Assembly: GCA_963813065.1 (NCBI GenBank)
Contig: CAWEXP010000009.1
Coordinates: 1,931-65,930, forward strand
Direction of reading: 5' to 3'
DNA: 64,000 bases
From: Candidatus Kaiserbacteria bacterium
Lineage (GTDB): Bacteria; Patescibacteriota; Minisyncoccia; Phycocordibacterales; Phycocordibacteraceae
This document shows, piece by piece, positions 30,759-40,331 of the stretch. Below the pieces are notes generated by a model. That model was not told the origin of the DNA and ran no database searches. It saw only the letters and a list, made by a program, of their open reading frames with translations. How positions within the stretch are numbered: the stretch's first letter is position 1; every line of letters starts with the position of its first letter. The translations under genes were made by a program, and so were the position numbers.

Positions 30759-31339
30759 TTTGTTGGTTCGATTTTTTGCGGTGTCTCGCCTTTGGCGGAC
30801 TCCTTTTCGCGGCGGGCTTGGGTGACGGCATCGCGCTCAATGACACCCGCGTAGCCCTTGGGGCTCTTGGCGACCGGCTCCGCCATCTTATAGGCGTAGG
30901 GGATACGGAGCAAGAACTTCTCGAGGCGTCCCTTGAGGAACTCCTCGCTCATGCCCTTGTAGCGCCCCTTCAGGAAGAGTTCGGCGCGAACGCGATGCCC
31001 CTCGGCGAGCCATTCGGCCGCTTTCTTGGCCTTCAACGCCATGTCGTTGTCGCCGGTGCCGACCTTGATCTGCACCTCCTTGGTCTCGGAGATCTTGACC
31101 TTGGACTTGGCGACTTTCTCCTTCTTACTCCGCTCGTACTCGAATTTACCATAATCCGTGATCTTCGCAACCGGCGGGACGGCCGAGGGCGAGATCTCGA
31201 TAAGGTCGAGGCCGGCCGCCTTGGCCGCCGCGAGCGCCTCGGCGACCGAGAGCACACCCAGGTTCTCGCCAGCCGCACCAATCACGCGCAGTTCCTGCGC
31301 GCGAATCTCGTTATTAATGCGAAGCCGTTCGGTACTCAA
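30755..31339 (-). CDS. infC: translation initiation factor IF-3 (probable TTG start)
   Basis: RINNEIRAQELRVI..LDLIEISP..PPVAKITDYGKF..KEVQI. Confidence 0.95.
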   Translation of the reverse strand: MSTERLRINNEIRAQELRVIGAAGENLGVLSVAEALAAAKAAGLDLIEISPSAVPPVAKITDYGKFEYERSKKEKVAKSKVKISETKEVQIKVGTGDNDMALKAKKAAEWLAEGHRVRAELFLKGRYKGMSEEFLKGRLEKFLLRIPYAYKMAEPVAKSPKGYAGVIERDAVTQARREKESAKGETPQKIEPTK

Positions 31340-31412
31340 GCTCCGGTAATGTAGCACGAATCTGCGGTGTATGCTAGGTTTCCGGCAGGAAACCCGCACC
31401 TTGGAGAAACGA

Positions 31413-32186
31413 ATGGACGCGCATCCATATATCGGCCTTACCGGCTCCACGACCGACGACCACGTCTTCGCGGCGCTCGACGCCTTTCCGCCGAATCACC
31501 CGACACACTTGCTCATGCTCGGCTTCTTGCTGAGCAACAAGTCGGTGCGGGGCATACCGCTCAACCATCCTTGGGATAAGCGCACGCCCAAGCTCGACGA
31601 GCTCGGCGATTTACTCCGCCATGACACGCGTGTCATCAACATGGTGCACTATGCCCGCGGGAACGCGAGCGACGAAGAAGCATTCGCTGATTTGAAGTTG
31701 ATTATGCAGGAATGCGGACTCTGTCTCGACGGATTCCAGCTCAATGGGCCTCTTCCGAGCCCGTCACTGCTCCGTCGTTGTCGCGATTCATTTCCGCGTG
31801 CACCGCGCTTCGTCTTGCAGATCAATCGTAAGACACTCGACGACGCGGGCGGCACCATCGAAGCGGTGCTGGAAGAGCTCGAAGTGTACGAAGGCCTCGC
31901 GCACTATGTCCTCTTCGATATGAGCGGTGGGTTGGGGAGACTGCTCGACGTTGATCAGACGCTCAAGTTCCTTTCAGCATATCGCCAGAGTGGCCTCACC
32001 ATGCGTCCGGTCGTCGCCGGCGGCATCGGGCCTAAAACGCTTGATCTCCTTGTGCCGATTATCGCCGCATTCCCCGGCGTCTCGACCGACATGGAAGGTG
32101 CGTGCATGGGTAAGAACGGCGCGCTCTCGACGCGCAGGACCCGCACGGCCGTTGGTGACCTGAGCACGCTCTTCGCAAAAAAATAA
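31413..32186 (+). CDS. TrpF-like TIM-barrel orphan protein, SD-led
   Basis: YIGLTG, FQLN, LFDMSGGLG, VAGGIGP, DMEG. Confidence 0.55.
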   Translation: MDAHPYIGLTGSTTDDHVFAALDAFPPNHPTHLLMLGFLLSNKSVRGIPLNHPWDKRTPKLDELGDLLRHDTRVINMVHYARGNASDEEAFADLKLIMQECGLCLDGFQLNGPLPSPSLLRRCRDSFPRAPRFVLQINRKTLDDAGGTIEAVLEELEVYEGLAHYVLFDMSGGLGRLLDVDQTLKFLSAYRQSGLTMRPVVAGGIGPKTLDLLVPIIAAFPGVSTDMEGACMGKNGALSTRRTRTAVGDLSTLFAKK

Positions 32187-32234
32187 ACCACACGCCCCCC
32201 ACTCGGGGGCGTTTTTATTAGGTATACTGGGGGC

Positions 32235-32726
32235 ATGCCTGAGCCGATGGAAATCGAGCGCAAGTATCTCGTACGCCCGCCCATTCCGCTCCAGAAGTTA
32301 GGAACTCATCGAGTGATTGATATCGAACAATTTTATCTCGCCTCGAACAAGCCGGAAGGGAAGCTCCGCTATCGCAAGTGCGTGGAGCGGGGCGGCGCCA
32401 CTTTTTTCAGTACGCTCAAACGGCCGGGACCGAATGCGCGAACACGCTTCGAGAGTGAGTCGCCCATCACCGCGGAAGAATACGCGCTCGGTACGCAGAC
32501 CATGGTTCCCGGTTCGCATCGGGTGCACAAACAGCGAATCGTTTTCACCTATGACGGCCAAGAATTTGAGCTCGACCAGTTCACCGAGCCGGCGCTCGAC
32601 TACCAGATACTCGAAATCGAACTCGACTCTGCAGACGAGGAGGTGCGGCTCCCGCCATTTCTCACCATTGTGCGCGAAGTGACGAGCGAAAAAGAATTTA
32701 GCAATTACAAACTTGCATTCCGCTAG
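32235..32726 (+). CDS. CYTH-domain protein
   Basis: EIERKYL, IEQFY, R.E.E, K.R, FELD, EIEL, EVT..FSNYKLA. Confidence 0.88.
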   Translation: MPEPMEIERKYLVRPPIPLQKLGTHRVIDIEQFYLASNKPEGKLRYRKCVERGGATFFSTLKRPGPNARTRFESESPITAEEYALGTQTMVPGSHRVHKQRIVFTYDGQEFELDQFTEPALDYQILEIELDSADEEVRLPPFLTIVREVTSEKEFSNYKLAFR

Positions 32727-33637
32727 TGCAGTTGGCTTGGCTCGGTCAATTTTATTTCCGCATTTCCCTGATAGGAAGAAATCATGCCAGTGACGGTGAT
32801 CGTTTTCCCGGCAAAGCGCGAGAGGTCGCCGAAACTTTTCACATTGTCGGCGAAGATGACGCCGGAGAAGGGGCACGTCTTATAACTTTTGCAGAAATCG
32901 AGAAAGACGGTGCCCGAGGAGCTCGTGTAGGCGTCGATGAGGACCCCGCGCACGGCGGCGTACTCGCCGACATGCGCGCTCGCCTGGGTGTAGTCGTAGG
33001 TGCCTTGTAAAACATTCGCGGCGGCGCCCTGCGCCGCCGCGGTAGTGCCTTTGTATGCAGAGAATAATTTTTGCAATATGCCCTCGTAGGTTGCGACCAT
33101 TGCGGGGTCAGTCCCGATCTCGAGGAGCTCATCATTCTCGGTCGTCGCCGAGCCAGTCCAGTTGTAGCTCCCGATCGCGTAGGCCGAGTCGGTGACAATC
33201 GCTTTAATATGCATGATGCCATTGGCGTCGGCGTGCTTCTCCGTTTCTACCGGGATACCGGCCGCAAGGAGTTCTTTCATAATCGGTTGGTCGTAGCTGT
33301 TGGCGCTTTCTCCGGCATCGACGAGTCCGCGCACCTCGACGCCGCGCGCTTTTGCCGTCACGAGTGCATCAGCGATATCTTTGAGCGTGAATTCGTAGAT
33401 CGCGAAATAAATGTGCGTCTTCGCTCCCGTGATGAGCGCGATGATTTCTTTATCATTCTGTTTTTGATCCAAACTATAGAGCACGCGCGTCGTGCCCGCG
33501 GCGGGCGCGGCGACATTTGCAGGAGGAATATTCGGCGCGGCGGGAGCCACACTGCTCTTGCCGAGTATGAATCCGGCGCTTCCCGCCGCCACTGCGAGCA
33601 CCAGCGCGGCCATTCCCCGTTTGAGTTGCGAGCTCAT
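32723..33637 (-). CDS. exported phospholipase D/Nuc-type protein with C-terminal OB-like domain
   Basis: Signal/TM; AIYEFT; single HIK..D, GSYNWT..NDE; VFLDF..FSGVIF..YQGNAEI. Confidence 0.85.
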   Translation of the reverse strand: MSSQLKRGMAALVLAVAAGSAGFILGKSSVAPAAPNIPPANVAAPAAGTTRVLYSLDQKQNDKEIIALITGAKTHIYFAIYEFTLKDIADALVTAKARGVEVRGLVDAGESANSYDQPIMKELLAAGIPVETEKHADANGIMHIKAIVTDSAYAIGSYNWTGSATTENDELLEIGTDPAMVATYEGILQKLFSAYKGTTAAAQGAAANVLQGTYDYTQASAHVGEYAAVRGVLIDAYTSSSGTVFLDFCKSYKTCPFSGVIFADNVKSFGDLSRFAGKTITVTGMISSYQGNAEIKLTEPSQLH

Positions 33638-33728
33638 TACTAAATAGTATACGGCATAAAATTAAAATAATTGACGACGAACTGCTTCGACGGTAGTCTG
33701 CCCGCAGATAGCCAGCGAGGAGAAACGC

Positions 33729-34139
33729 ATGGACCGAAAGATAACTGAAGTTTGTGAACAGTTGTTTCAACGGGCACTGAAAGAAGGCGTGTGGACCGCG
33801 AACGCCGATAACAGCGATAACGGTAATGGTCCGTATATTGGTGGTTGGCAGAAATATTTCACGTATGCCACACTCCAACAAAACGAGATCACCATCAAGG
33901 CAACGCGCACCAACTGGAGAACCTTCAATCTGAGCATCGACCGCGAAGGAACCAACTACCATATTGAAGTGTTCCAAGGTACGGAATGTATCTTCGCCGC
34001 TAAGCGCAAAGGATTCATGCGCACAAAAAGCTTTACCGGCTCCTCTGAACGCTTCGCGAGCCGGAGCGTCATACCCGAGACGGCTTGGCAGGTGACTGAG
34101 GGAACGCTTCCCGAACCACTACTCGTCGCATCCGTTTGA
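33729..34139 (+). CDS. orphan protein, tandem paralog A, SD-led
   Basis: TTGACG-17-TAGTCT promoter, GAGGAG, terminator 34148-34170. Confidence 0.8.
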   Translation: MDRKITEVCEQLFQRALKEGVWTANADNSDNGNGPYIGGWQKYFTYATLQQNEITIKATRTNWRTFNLSIDREGTNYHIEVFQGTECIFAAKRKGFMRTKSFTGSSERFASRSVIPETAWQVTEGTLPEPLLVASV

Positions 34140-34250
34140 TTCGACCCAACCCCGCCAATGGCGGGGTTTTCTTTGCCAGTGTGAAATACATTTGACAATG
34201 AACTGCCCGAAGCGTAGCCTGCGCACAGGTAACCAATCTGGGAGAAACTG

Positions 34251-34664
34251 ATGGACAACAAGATCGTTGACGCCTGTGAGCAACTGTATCAGCGAGCAAT
34301 GAAAGAAGGAGTGCGGACCACAAGCTCTGATGGCGACCGTGAAAGCGACGGTTCGTATGTGAGGGGTTGGCAGAAATATTTTACGTATGCCACGCTCCAG
34401 CAGGACGACAACGTCATCAAGGCCACACACGCCGATTGGAAGACATTTAACCTAAATTCTGATCGTGAAGGAACTAGCTTCCGTATCGAAGTTTCCAAGG
34501 GTACGGAAGTTGTCTTCGCTGCCGAGCGTGAAGGATTCTTACGGACAAACAATTTCTCAGGTTCCGACGAGCGGTTTGCGGGTCGAAGTGTAACGCCCGA
34601 GACGGCTTGGAAAGTAGTGCAAGGAACATTTCCTGAGCAATTGCTTATTGCGCCACCAGCCTGA
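34251..34664 (+). CDS. orphan protein, tandem paralog B, SD-led
   Basis: TTGACA-17-TAGCCT, GGGAG, terminator 34676-34700; shares GWQKYFTYATLQQ, DREGT, PETAW with A. Confidence 0.8.
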   Translation: MDNKIVDACEQLYQRAMKEGVRTTSSDGDRESDGSYVRGWQKYFTYATLQQDDNVIKATHADWKTFNLNSDREGTSFRIEVSKGTEVVFAAEREGFLRTNNFSGSDERFAGRSVTPETAWKVVQGTFPEQLLIAPPA

Positions 34665-34718
34665 TTCATTACGTCACCCCGCTCACAAAGCGGGGTTTTT
34701 GTTTGCTATGCTAGTGGC

Positions 34719-35441
34719 ATGGCACTCGTATTCGATATTGAAACGGTAGGGGAAGAATGGGATGCGCTCGACGAGCCCACGCAAGGCGCGCTCACGCGGT
34801 GGATTAAACGCGAAAGCAAGACGGAGGAGGAATATACAGTCGCGCTCGCCGACATGCAACTCGGGCTCGGCCTCTCGCCCTTGACCGGGAGCATCGTCGC
34901 GATTGGCGTCTACGACACGGAGAAGAAAAAGGGCGCCGTGTACTTTTCTGCGCCCGACAAGAAAATAAAAGAGAGCGAGATTGAATATCCCGAGCAGGGC
35001 AGGGCAGTCATCAAATATAAAGCGATGGAAGAAAAGGAGATGCTCGAAAACTTTTGGCAGGGTGCGAAAGGCTACGAAGAATTCGTCACCTACAATGGTC
35101 GCGGTTTCGATGCGCCCTTCCTCGCCATCCGCTCGATTGCGCATCACGTGAAGCCGACGCGCGATCTCCTCGCCGGTCGCTACCTCTACCAGCAGAGAGG
35201 CTGTCTGCACATCGACCTCCAGGACCAGCTCACCTTCTACGGCGCGTGGAATAAAAAGCCCTCGCTCCACCTCTTCTGCCGCGCCTTCGGCATACCGAGC
35301 CCCAAGGCCTCGGGCACCACGGGCGACGACGTCGCGCTCCTCTACCAGGAGAAAAAATATCTCGAGATTGCGACCTATAACGCCGGTGACCTTTTCGCCA
35401 CCGCGGCGCTTTACGAGCGATGGAAGGAGAGTGTACGGTAG
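34719..35441 (+). CDS. RNase H-like / PolB-type 3'-5' exonuclease-domain protein
   Basis: VFDIET, VTYNGRGFDAPF, HIDL, YNAGD (DEDDy pattern). Confidence 0.85.
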   Translation: MALVFDIETVGEEWDALDEPTQGALTRWIKRESKTEEEYTVALADMQLGLGLSPLTGSIVAIGVYDTEKKKGAVYFSAPDKKIKESEIEYPEQGRAVIKYKAMEEKEMLENFWQGAKGYEEFVTYNGRGFDAPFLAIRSIAHHVKPTRDLLAGRYLYQQRGCLHIDLQDQLTFYGAWNKKPSLHLFCRAFGIPSPKASGTTGDDVALLYQEKKYLEIATYNAGDLFATAALYERWKESVR

Positions 35442-35516
35442 TCTCGCCCCGGGGAATCCTTTTTCGGGGGTTATCCCCACCAGCGCAATTTTCTAGAAGC
35501 GGTAGAGTAGTGGGAT

Positions 35517-36050
35517 ATGAAAATACTTGCCATTTCGGGGAGCTTGAGAAAGGACTCGTTTAATAGCGCATTGGTGCGGGCATTGGCGCAATTGGCGCCC
35601 GCGGGCGTGGAGGTTGAGCAGGCAGAGATTGGCAATTTGCCACTCTACAATACCGATCTCGAGGCTGCATTCCCGGCCGAGGCGACGGCGCTGAAGCAGA
35701 AGATAGAATCTGCCGACCGAATCATTTTTGTGACACCGGAGTATAACCGCTCGATTTCTGGAGTGTTGAAGAACGCCATCGACTGGGCGAGCCGCCCGTG
35801 GGGCAAAAATTCTTTTGCCGGCAAGGTGGCACTCATCGCAGGTGTCTCGGTAGGGAAGACGGGCACTGCGCTCGCGCAGGCGCACTTGAAGGACATTTTG
35901 CTCTATCTCGATATGAAAGTGTTGGGGCAACCCGAGCTCTATCTCGGCCCTGCCTCGGCAATCTTCGATGAGCACGGCATGATTAAAGAAGAGTCGACGA
36001 AGGAGTTGCTGAGTAAAGCTATCGCGACGCTGGTCGCTCACGCGGCATAG
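35517..36050 (+). CDS. NADPH-dependent FMN reductase
   Basis: ISGSLRKDSFN, TPEYNRSISGVLKNAIDW. Confidence 0.95.
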   Translation: MKILAISGSLRKDSFNSALVRALAQLAPAGVEVEQAEIGNLPLYNTDLEAAFPAEATALKQKIESADRIIFVTPEYNRSISGVLKNAIDWASRPWGKNSFAGKVALIAGVSVGKTGTALAQAHLKDILLYLDMKVLGQPELYLGPASAIFDEHGMIKEESTKELLSKAIATLVAHAA

Positions 36051-36141
36051 TTCCTGCGAACGGTACGCAATTTCTTTGCTAAGAAATTGCTCAGTCCTCA
36101 CGCCGTCGCGTTGCGGAGCCCGTTCTCGGAACTATGCCGTG
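36041..36141. repeat. ~100-nt structured repeat, copy 1
   Basis: Aligns with 46715..46813 with compensatory changes; multibranch fold. Confidence 0.8.
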
Positions 36142-36180
36142 TTCGCGAGTTACACTGCGCGATTATGATAAGGTGTAACT

Positions 36181-36648
36181 ATGAATCGCGAACGGGATCT
36201 GCTCTGGTTTTTTGATCTCGCGCTCGTGTTGAAGATCGTCAACGGCGCGCTCGAGATGCTCGGCGCGTTCTTGATACTCGTCGTGCCGCCCATGTTTATT
36301 GTGCGGATTATCGAGATTGCGACCGCTGGTGAACTGGCGAACGATCCTGATGACTTCGTCGCGACGCACCTGCGCTCTGCGGCACAGACGTTCGCTGTCC
36401 ATACGCATTTCCTCATCGCGATTTATCTCATTCTCCACGGCGCCATCAAGATAGCGCTCGTGCTCGGCATCTTCGCGAAGAAACGCATCGCGTATCCGCT
36501 CTTCATGCTGGCGCTCGGCATCTTTGGCAGTTACGAGGCATATCTGGGGATAACGCGGCATGAGAATTTGCTTGGGGTGCTCGCCGTTTTCGACTGCATG
36601 TTGCTGGTCCTCACGCTCTACGAGTATCGTCGCCGTCTGGTATACTAA
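36181..36648 (+). CDS. DUF2127-like membrane protein
   Basis: LKIVNGALE..ELANDPDDF..YLILHGAIK. Confidence 0.8.
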   Translation: MNRERDLLWFFDLALVLKIVNGALEMLGAFLILVVPPMFIVRIIEIATAGELANDPDDFVATHLRSAAQTFAVHTHFLIAIYLILHGAIKIALVLGIFAKKRIAYPLFMLALGIFGSYEAYLGITRHENLLGVLAVFDCMLLVLTLYEYRRRLVY

Positions 36649-36674
36649 ACATATTATCCGTAGCATATGTTGAT

Positions 36675-36953
36675 ATGAGAAACGCATGGTTGTGGGTGCT
36701 CGCGGTGCTGGTTCTGCTCGCGCTCGCCGGAGGGTATTGGTATATGCAGATGAGTCAGGGCGCAGGAGCGAACACCGAGCCAGCTACGGCTGTGTCGACC
36801 ACGACACCTGATCAGAGCGCGGCAACGAACGTGACTCCCGCCGCCGCACTTTCGGCGCGTGACAATTCAGATGCGTCGCTCAACACGGACCTAGGCGACA
36901 TTAACAGCCAGATGACCGGTCTCGCCTCTGACTCGCAGGCGGCCGCGCAATAA
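36675..36953 (+). CDS. small membrane-anchored protein
   Basis: N-terminal TM, low-complexity tail. Confidence 0.7.
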   Translation: MRNAWLWVLAVLVLLALAGGYWYMQMSQGAGANTEPATAVSTTTPDQSAATNVTPAAALSARDNSDASLNTDLGDINSQMTGLASDSQAAAQ

Positions 36954-36957
36954 TCCT

Positions 36958-37777
36958 ATGAAGCACTTCAATTCTTCGCTCATCGCGAGCATCGTCGCTG
37001 GGCTCGTACTCGCAACGCCTGTCTTTGCGCAGTCGGTCACGGCGACCGCCTCGGTTACCAGTGGCACGATGATGCCCGTCGGTGTCAGCGCACGCGCCGC
37101 GCGTCTCGCCTCCACCACGGCCGCGCGCGCGGTCCTCGCAGAGAGCGCGCTCGCGAAGGCAATCGCAAATGCGAACCAGCAAATCGAGATGCGTGTTGCG
37201 AGCCTCAATCAGCTCGGCACGCGTATCCAAGCGATGGCGCACCTTACCGCCGACGAGAAAACGTCTATCGCTGGCATTATCTCGGGCGACCTCTCCTCGC
37301 TTGGTGATCTGCAAGCCAAGATCGATAGCGACGCGACTTCGAGCGTGAAGGCCGACATTCAATCGATTACCAAGGGCGAGCGCATCTATATGCTCGTCGA
37401 ACCACAGACCAACATTCTCGCGGCCGCCGATCGCGCCGCGTCGATTGGCGACATGCTGACTGCGCTCGCAGGGAAAATCGAGACGCGTTTGAGCGCGACA
37501 CCGAATGCGACGGCATCCTCGCTTCTCGCCGACCTCCAGGCGAAGGTCGCAGATGCCCAGACACAGGCCTCCGCCGCAATCTCTGAGACCTCGACGCCTC
37601 CAGCCGGACAACGGCAATACGACCATCGCCGCGAGCAACACTTCTGCGTTGAAGGATGCGCGGAGCAAAATTAAAACCGCACAAGCCGACTTACAGGCCG
37701 CCGACAAAGATGCGAGCGGCGTCGTGAAGGCGCTCAAGGGTTCTGCCAGTGCCAGTGCAACCACGACCGTACAATAA
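36958..37777 (+). CDS. secreted helical Ala-rich protein (frameshift at ~37597)
   Basis: Signal peptide ..TPVFA-Q; continues in 37505..37777 frame. Confidence 0.7.
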
Positions 37778-37831
37778 TTACCAAACAAAAACACCGCGCG
37801 GCCGGAGGCCGCGCGGTGTTTTTCGTGCTCG

Positions 37832-38131
37832 TTATTTCGTGCTCGGTGCACCTGCCGCTGTGTTCGTTACGGTCGGCGGAATCATCTGGGTGCGCATGAC
37901 GCCGGTGTCGCCGGAATACATGACACCGCCGCCCCACCCCTGACTTTGCATCATGCGATAGCCCTCGTGCATACCGCCGCCGATGGTCGCGCGGATTTCG
38001 CCGAACTCGAAGCCGCACCAGAAGATGAAGAGCGCGATGACCACGGCAGTCAGGCCGCGTATCGCGCGGTGGTGATGCCACTGGCACTTCCCGTCGCACT
38101 TCATTCCATTCTCACCGTTGTTCATGTCCAT
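37832..38131 (-). CDS. small single-TM protein with Cys/His N-terminus and Met/Gly tail
   Basis: CDGKCQWHHH, TM, GGGMHEGYRMM. Confidence 0.65.
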   Translation of the reverse strand: MDMNNGENGMKCDGKCQWHHHRAIRGLTAVVIALFIFWCGFEFGEIRATIGGGMHEGYRMMQSQGWGGGVMYSGDTGVMRTQMIPPTVTNTAAGAPSTK

Positions 38132-38231
38132 AGGAGTTCAAAAAGGATTAAGGCGAGCTGGCTCGCTTACTCAATACTACCCCATAGACGAATGTTTGTT
38201 TCAAGGATTGCGTAGTAAGATAGGCGGACCT

Positions 38232-38801
38232 ATGCCAGGGGAATTCACCGACGAGCAAATAGTCCGCCGTACGCTCGCCAACAAGGACGAGTTTGCGCTT
38301 CTTATCGAGCGATACGAGGCCAAGTTGAATCGCTATCTCCAGCGCCTCGGCCTCGCTCTGCCCGAGGATAGGGAAGATGTCTTGCAGAACGCGTTCATCA
38401 AGGCCTACAAAAATCTGAACAGCTTCGACCCCGATCTCTCGTTCTCGTCGTGGATCTATCGTATCGCGCACAACGAGGCGATGAGCTTCTTCCGCTCGCG
38501 ACAGGCGCGGCCGCAAGTCACCCTCTCTGAGGATTCGGAAAGTCTGCTTACGGAGCTTCGCGACGATTCAGCGGATACGGCGGCACTCTCGGAGCTCCGG
38601 CTCTCGAGCGCCGAGCTCGCGAAAGCCTTTGCGACGCTTGAACCGAAGTATCGCGATGTGCTGACTCTCCGCTTCTTCGAGGAACGCTCCTACACTGACA
38701 TGTCTGATATCCTACAAGTGCCGGTGGGGACCGTTTCAACCATGATTCATCGGGCCAAGAAAGCGCTCCGCTCTGCACTGCCAAAACATTTCATGCCATG
38801 A
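38232..38801 (+). CDS. ECF sigma-70 factor
   Basis: EDVLQNAFIKAY..FSSWIYRIAHN; YTDMSDILQVPVGTVSTMIHRA. Confidence 0.93.
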   Translation: MPGEFTDEQIVRRTLANKDEFALLIERYEAKLNRYLQRLGLALPEDREDVLQNAFIKAYKNLNSFDPDLSFSSWIYRIAHNEAMSFFRSRQARPQVTLSEDSESLLTELRDDSADTAALSELRLSSAELAKAFATLEPKYRDVLTLRFFEERSYTDMSDILQVPVGTVSTMIHRAKKALRSALPKHFMP

Positions 38802-39652
38802 CCGACCATTTTCACGAACAGAACATAATTCCCGACCCGCTCGCGCGGCGCGTGCTTGACCGTATCGACGCCGAGAAGGTCGCGCCGCGTCCGCGGTGGG
38901 AATTCGTCGGCGAGAATTATTTGTTCTGGAGCCTCGGCGCGCTCGCGGTGGTGCTCGGCGCATTCGCGTTCTCGGCCGCGCTCTTCGAGGTAACGAACGC
39001 GAGTTGGACATTGTATGCGGCGACGCACTCCAGCTTCATCGCCTTTTTTCTCTCGGTTGCGCCATTCCTCTGGGCCCTCGTGCTCGTGGTCTTCATCGGC
39101 ATCGGCTACGCGAACATTCGCCACACGAAGCGCGGCTATCGTTACTCGCTCGCCGTCATTGCGCTCGGCGCGGTGCTTACCTCGATAACACTCGGCACGG
39201 CGCTCTATGCGAGCGGGTGGGGTGGGGCAGTTGAGGAATCAATCGGCGACCACCCGCCCTTCTATCGACCGATTATGGTTGCAGAGCGCAATTGGTGGGA
39301 GGCGCCGGCACAAGGCGTTCTCGCGGGCGAGGTGCTCTCGGTGGCGAGCGATACTTCCTCGTTCGTGGTGAAAGATTTTTCCGGCACCATTCGCATTATT
39401 GACGCCGACGACCTGCGTGCACCTGACCTGCGGGAGCTTATCGTCGGCGCAACGGTGAGGATTATTGGTGCACCAGCGTCCGCGACGAGCACCGAGCACC
39501 TGTTCCACGCCTGTTTCGTCTTCCCCTGGAATGCGGACCAAGAAGTGGTCGTCCCACCTCCGGCGGGCGAAAGAAGTCCTGCTCCGGAGCGTAGTGATGA
39601 GTGTAAGGGCATCCGCCCTTACGGAGCGCTCCATGCGCTTCATGGAGAATAG
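38798..39652 (+). CDS. membrane protein coupled to sigma, putative anti-sigma
   Basis: ATGA overlap with sigma; three TM helices plus C-terminal domain. Confidence 0.6.
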   Translation: MTDHFHEQNIIPDPLARRVLDRIDAEKVAPRPRWEFVGENYLFWSLGALAVVLGAFAFSAALFEVTNASWTLYAATHSSFIAFFLSVAPFLWALVLVVFIGIGYANIRHTKRGYRYSLAVIALGAVLTSITLGTALYASGWGGAVEESIGDHPPFYRPIMVAERNWWEAPAQGVLAGEVLSVASDTSSFVVKDFSGTIRIIDADDLRAPDLRELIVGATVRIIGAPASATSTEHLFHACFVFPWNADQEVVVPPPAGERSPAPERSDECKGIRPYGALHALHGE

Positions 39653-39741
39653 TTAGGTTTTTACCTTGCTAGGGGCGATGCGCCGTTGCGAGCCGGTGCG
39701 TCGCCCTCTCCGTACCTGCTTTCTTTGCTATGCTTAAATCT

Positions 39742-40086
39742 ATGGTAAAAACGATATCACTCATCTTTGGCGTCATCCTGGCACTCCTCGGACTCCTGGG
39801 GTTCGTCAGTAACCCGCTCATTGGGGTGAACGCCATCTTTGCCACTGATGCGGTGCACAACGGTATCTATCTCCTCGTCGGCCTCGCGCTCCTCGGCGCC
39901 GGACGCTGGGCCAGCCCACGCGCTACGAGCCTCTGGCTCAAGAGCATCGGCATTTTTATATTTCTGCTGGGATTTATTTCGACGAACACCAACGCCGGCT
40001 GGCTCAATATTGCGCTCGGATTTGGCATCTTCTCGGCAAGCTATTGGCGGACTGATTCGGTACCCGTCAACGCGCGTGTGTCTTGA
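39742..40086 (+). CDS. DUF4383-like membrane protein
   Basis: LGLLGFV..HNGIYL; four TM. Confidence 0.65.
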   Translation: MVKTISLIFGVILALLGLLGFVSNPLIGVNAIFATDAVHNGIYLLVGLALLGAGRWASPRATSLWLKSIGIFIFLLGFISTNTNAGWLNIALGFGIFSASYWRTDSVPVNARVS

Positions 40087-40331
40087 GTAGTGCCGCGAAT
40101 TGTTCCTGCACTTTCTGTAATTTCGGCGCAATGATCACCTGGCAGTAGCCCTGGTTCTGGTTTTTCTCGTAGAAGTCGCGGTGGTATGCCTCGGCGGGGT
40201 AGAACTTCGTGAGTGGTGCAACCTCAGTAGCGATGGGCGCGCCCGTTTTCGCCGAAGCGTTGAGGCCGGCAATGAAATTCTCTGCAGAGTGTTTCTGCGC
40301 CTCAGAGGTATAGAGAATCAGCGAGCGATAC

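Noticed and set aside
25431-35480. DnaA-box-like words (CTATCCACA ~25432, TTATCCCCA ~35471)
   Set aside because: Isolated one-mismatch hits with no cluster, AT-rich unwinding region or dnaA nearby.
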